Source: an uncultured Gemmatimonadaceae bacterium
GTDB lineage: Bacteria > Gemmatimonadota > Gemmatimonadetes > Gemmatimonadales > Gemmatimonadaceae
Reading direction: 5' to 3'
DNA length: 64,000 nucleotides
Assembly (NCBI GenBank): GCA_963829055.1
Contig: CAWHHI010000006.1
Coordinates: forward strand, 288,001 to 352,000
Shown here: positions 62,717 to 64,000 of the stretch, one piece after another
Numbering within the stretch: the stretch's first letter is position 1
How the letters are laid out: every line of letters begins with the position of its first letter
Notes under the pieces: model-generated
Seen by the model: the letters and a program-made list of their open reading frames with translations, nothing else
What the model was told of the DNA's origin: nothing
Database searches by the model: none
Translations under genes and position numbers: made by a program

Positions 62717-64000
62717 TCAGTCGTTGAGGGCCACCATTGGACTCACGCGCGCCGCGCGGCGGGCAGGCACGAGCGTCGCCACCAGCGCGACCGCCGCCAA
62801 CACGACCACGACCAGCGCGATCACCCCCGGATTCAGCGCCTGCACGCCGTAGAGCAGTCCGCCGATCACGCGCGTGAGCCCCAGCATTCCTACGACACCC
62901 AGCGCCAGCCCGATCGCTGTGATGCGCATGCCGTCCCGCACGACGAGACCGAGGATGTCCGCGGCCGTGCTGCCTAACGCCATACGGACGCCGATCTCGC
63001 GGCGTCGCTGCGAGACCTGATACGCGAGCACGCCGTAGATGCCGACCGCGGCCAGGAACAGCGCCACCGCCCCGAACGCGAGCCCGATCAACATCGGCAC
63101 GCGACGCGGCACCAACGCCTGATCGACGCGCTGCTCCATCGTCTGCACGCCGAACACCGGCATCTCGCGGTCGATGGACACGATGGCTGCCCGCACCGCG
63201 CCCGCAACCGCGGCCGCATTCCGCTCGGCCCGAACGGCGAACACCAGATTCCGGTCCGTGGACTGCGAGTACGGGAAGTAGTACGCGCCTATCGGCGTAT
63301 CACTCGGCGTGGGCCCCATGAGCTGTACGTTCCTGATCACGCCGACCACGGTGAGAAAGCGAGTCTTGCCGTCGACGGCCGCCAGATCGTTAGGGTTGGA
63401 CGGCGTGTACATGCGACGGCCAATGGCATCCTGGTTCGGCCAGAAGTGCGCGGCGAGTCGCTCATCGATGATGATCACCGGTTGCGATGTCGGCGTGTCC
63501 CGCGCGTCGAAGAATCGTCCGCGCGAGAGTCGGACGCCCATTGCCTCGAAGAACCCGGTCGTCACGACGACGGAGCTCGGCGACACCAGAGACTCGCCCG
63601 GCTTCATCTCATGGCCCTCGGCCAGGATGATGCTGTTGCTGTAGTCGCCACCGAGAGGAATGGCCGACGTTGCTCCCGCCGCGGTGACGCCCGGCAACTC
63701 GTGGAGCCGTGCCGCTATCCGCGCGGTAACGTCCACCAGCGCGGCATCATCCGCATAACGATACGCCGGCAGTGTGACGGACGCGGTGACTACGCCCGCC
63801 GGCTGGAACCCCGGGTCGACGCGCAGCACGGCGCGGAAACTCGCCAACAGCAGGCCGGCGCCAACGAGCAGTACGAACGCCAGTGATACCTGCGCAACAG
63901 CCAGGCCTCGACGCAGGCGCGCTGCCGCGCCGCTCGACGTCCCGCCGCGGCCGCCCTCGCGCAGGTACGTTGTGAGGCTCGCGCGACGCAGCTGCGCGAC
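62717..64000 (-). CDS. ADOP-family duplicated ABC permease, C-terminal half (5' end outside window)
   Basis: VDPGF, GIYGVLAYQVSQRRREIGVRMALG, PARRAARVSP. Confidence 0.88.
   Translation of the reverse strand, partial: VAQLRRASLTTYLREGGRGGTSSGAAARLRRGLAVAQVSLAFVLLVGAGLLLASFRAVLRVDPGFQPAGVVTASVTLPAYRYADDAALVDVTARIAARLHELPGVTAAGATSAIPLGGDYSNSIILAEGHEMKPGESLVSPSSVVVTTGFFEAMGVRLSRGRFFDARDTPTSQPVIIIDERLAAHFWPNQDAIGRRMYTPSNPNDLAAVDGKTRFLTVVGVIRNVQLMGPTPSDTPIGAYYFPYSQSTDRNLVFAVRAERNAAAVAGAVRAAIVSIDREMPVFGVQTMEQRVDQALVPRRVPMLIGLAFGAVALFLAAVGIYGVLAYQVSQRRREIGVRMALGSTAADILGLVVRDGMRITAIGLALGVVGMLGLTRVIGGLLYGVQALNPGVIALVVVVLAAVALVATLVPARRAARVSPMVALND

Larger units (their letters stand above)
1657..63394. 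repeat. Dispersed over-represented motif CCTAACG/CGTTAGG
   Basis: 76 CCTAAC/GTTAGG cores counted by eye across the window, on both strands; see findings. Confidence 0.85.

Noticed and set aside
1657..63394. TTAGG motif as telomeric repeat or eukaryotic contamination
   Set aside because: Copies are single, dispersed and embedded in bacterial coding frames, never tandem.
594..63886. Numerous long Arg/Ala/Pro-rich overlapping ORFs in the track
   Set aside because: Expected stop-poor shadow frames in high-GC DNA; no recognisable motifs.

Overview
High-GC (about 69-70% by eye) bacterial chromosomal DNA. It is probably Gemmatimonadota, inferred from the PadR/ADOP orphan permeases, the 'LERELGGGGMSRVF'-type Ser/Thr kinases and many lipoproteins. 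About 50 genes are recognisable: an ABC-2 transporter cluster, a Sel1 lipoprotein, two Ser/Thr kinases, serine hydrolases, a five-gene yehLMPQ-like VWA/SWIM/MoxR operon, an Lgt-like + Tes/GDGT-MAS-like radical SAM + small membrane protein module, three ADOP permeases, a divergent citrate synthase / HTH-citrate synthase pair and a BlaI/BlaR1 pair. Many genes carry single-base frameshifts, most likely long-read assembly errors. Three gene remnants look genuinely deleted or truncated. Several REP-like palindrome families occur, two of them read in-frame as protein. I recognised no rRNA, tRNA, CRISPR array or transposase. The most striking unexplained signal is a non-palindromic motif, CCTAACG/CGTTAGG. 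I counted its CCTAAC/GTTAGG core 76 times by eye (about one per 0.84 kb). It lies on both strands and mostly inside genes, in several reading frames and even as stop codons.
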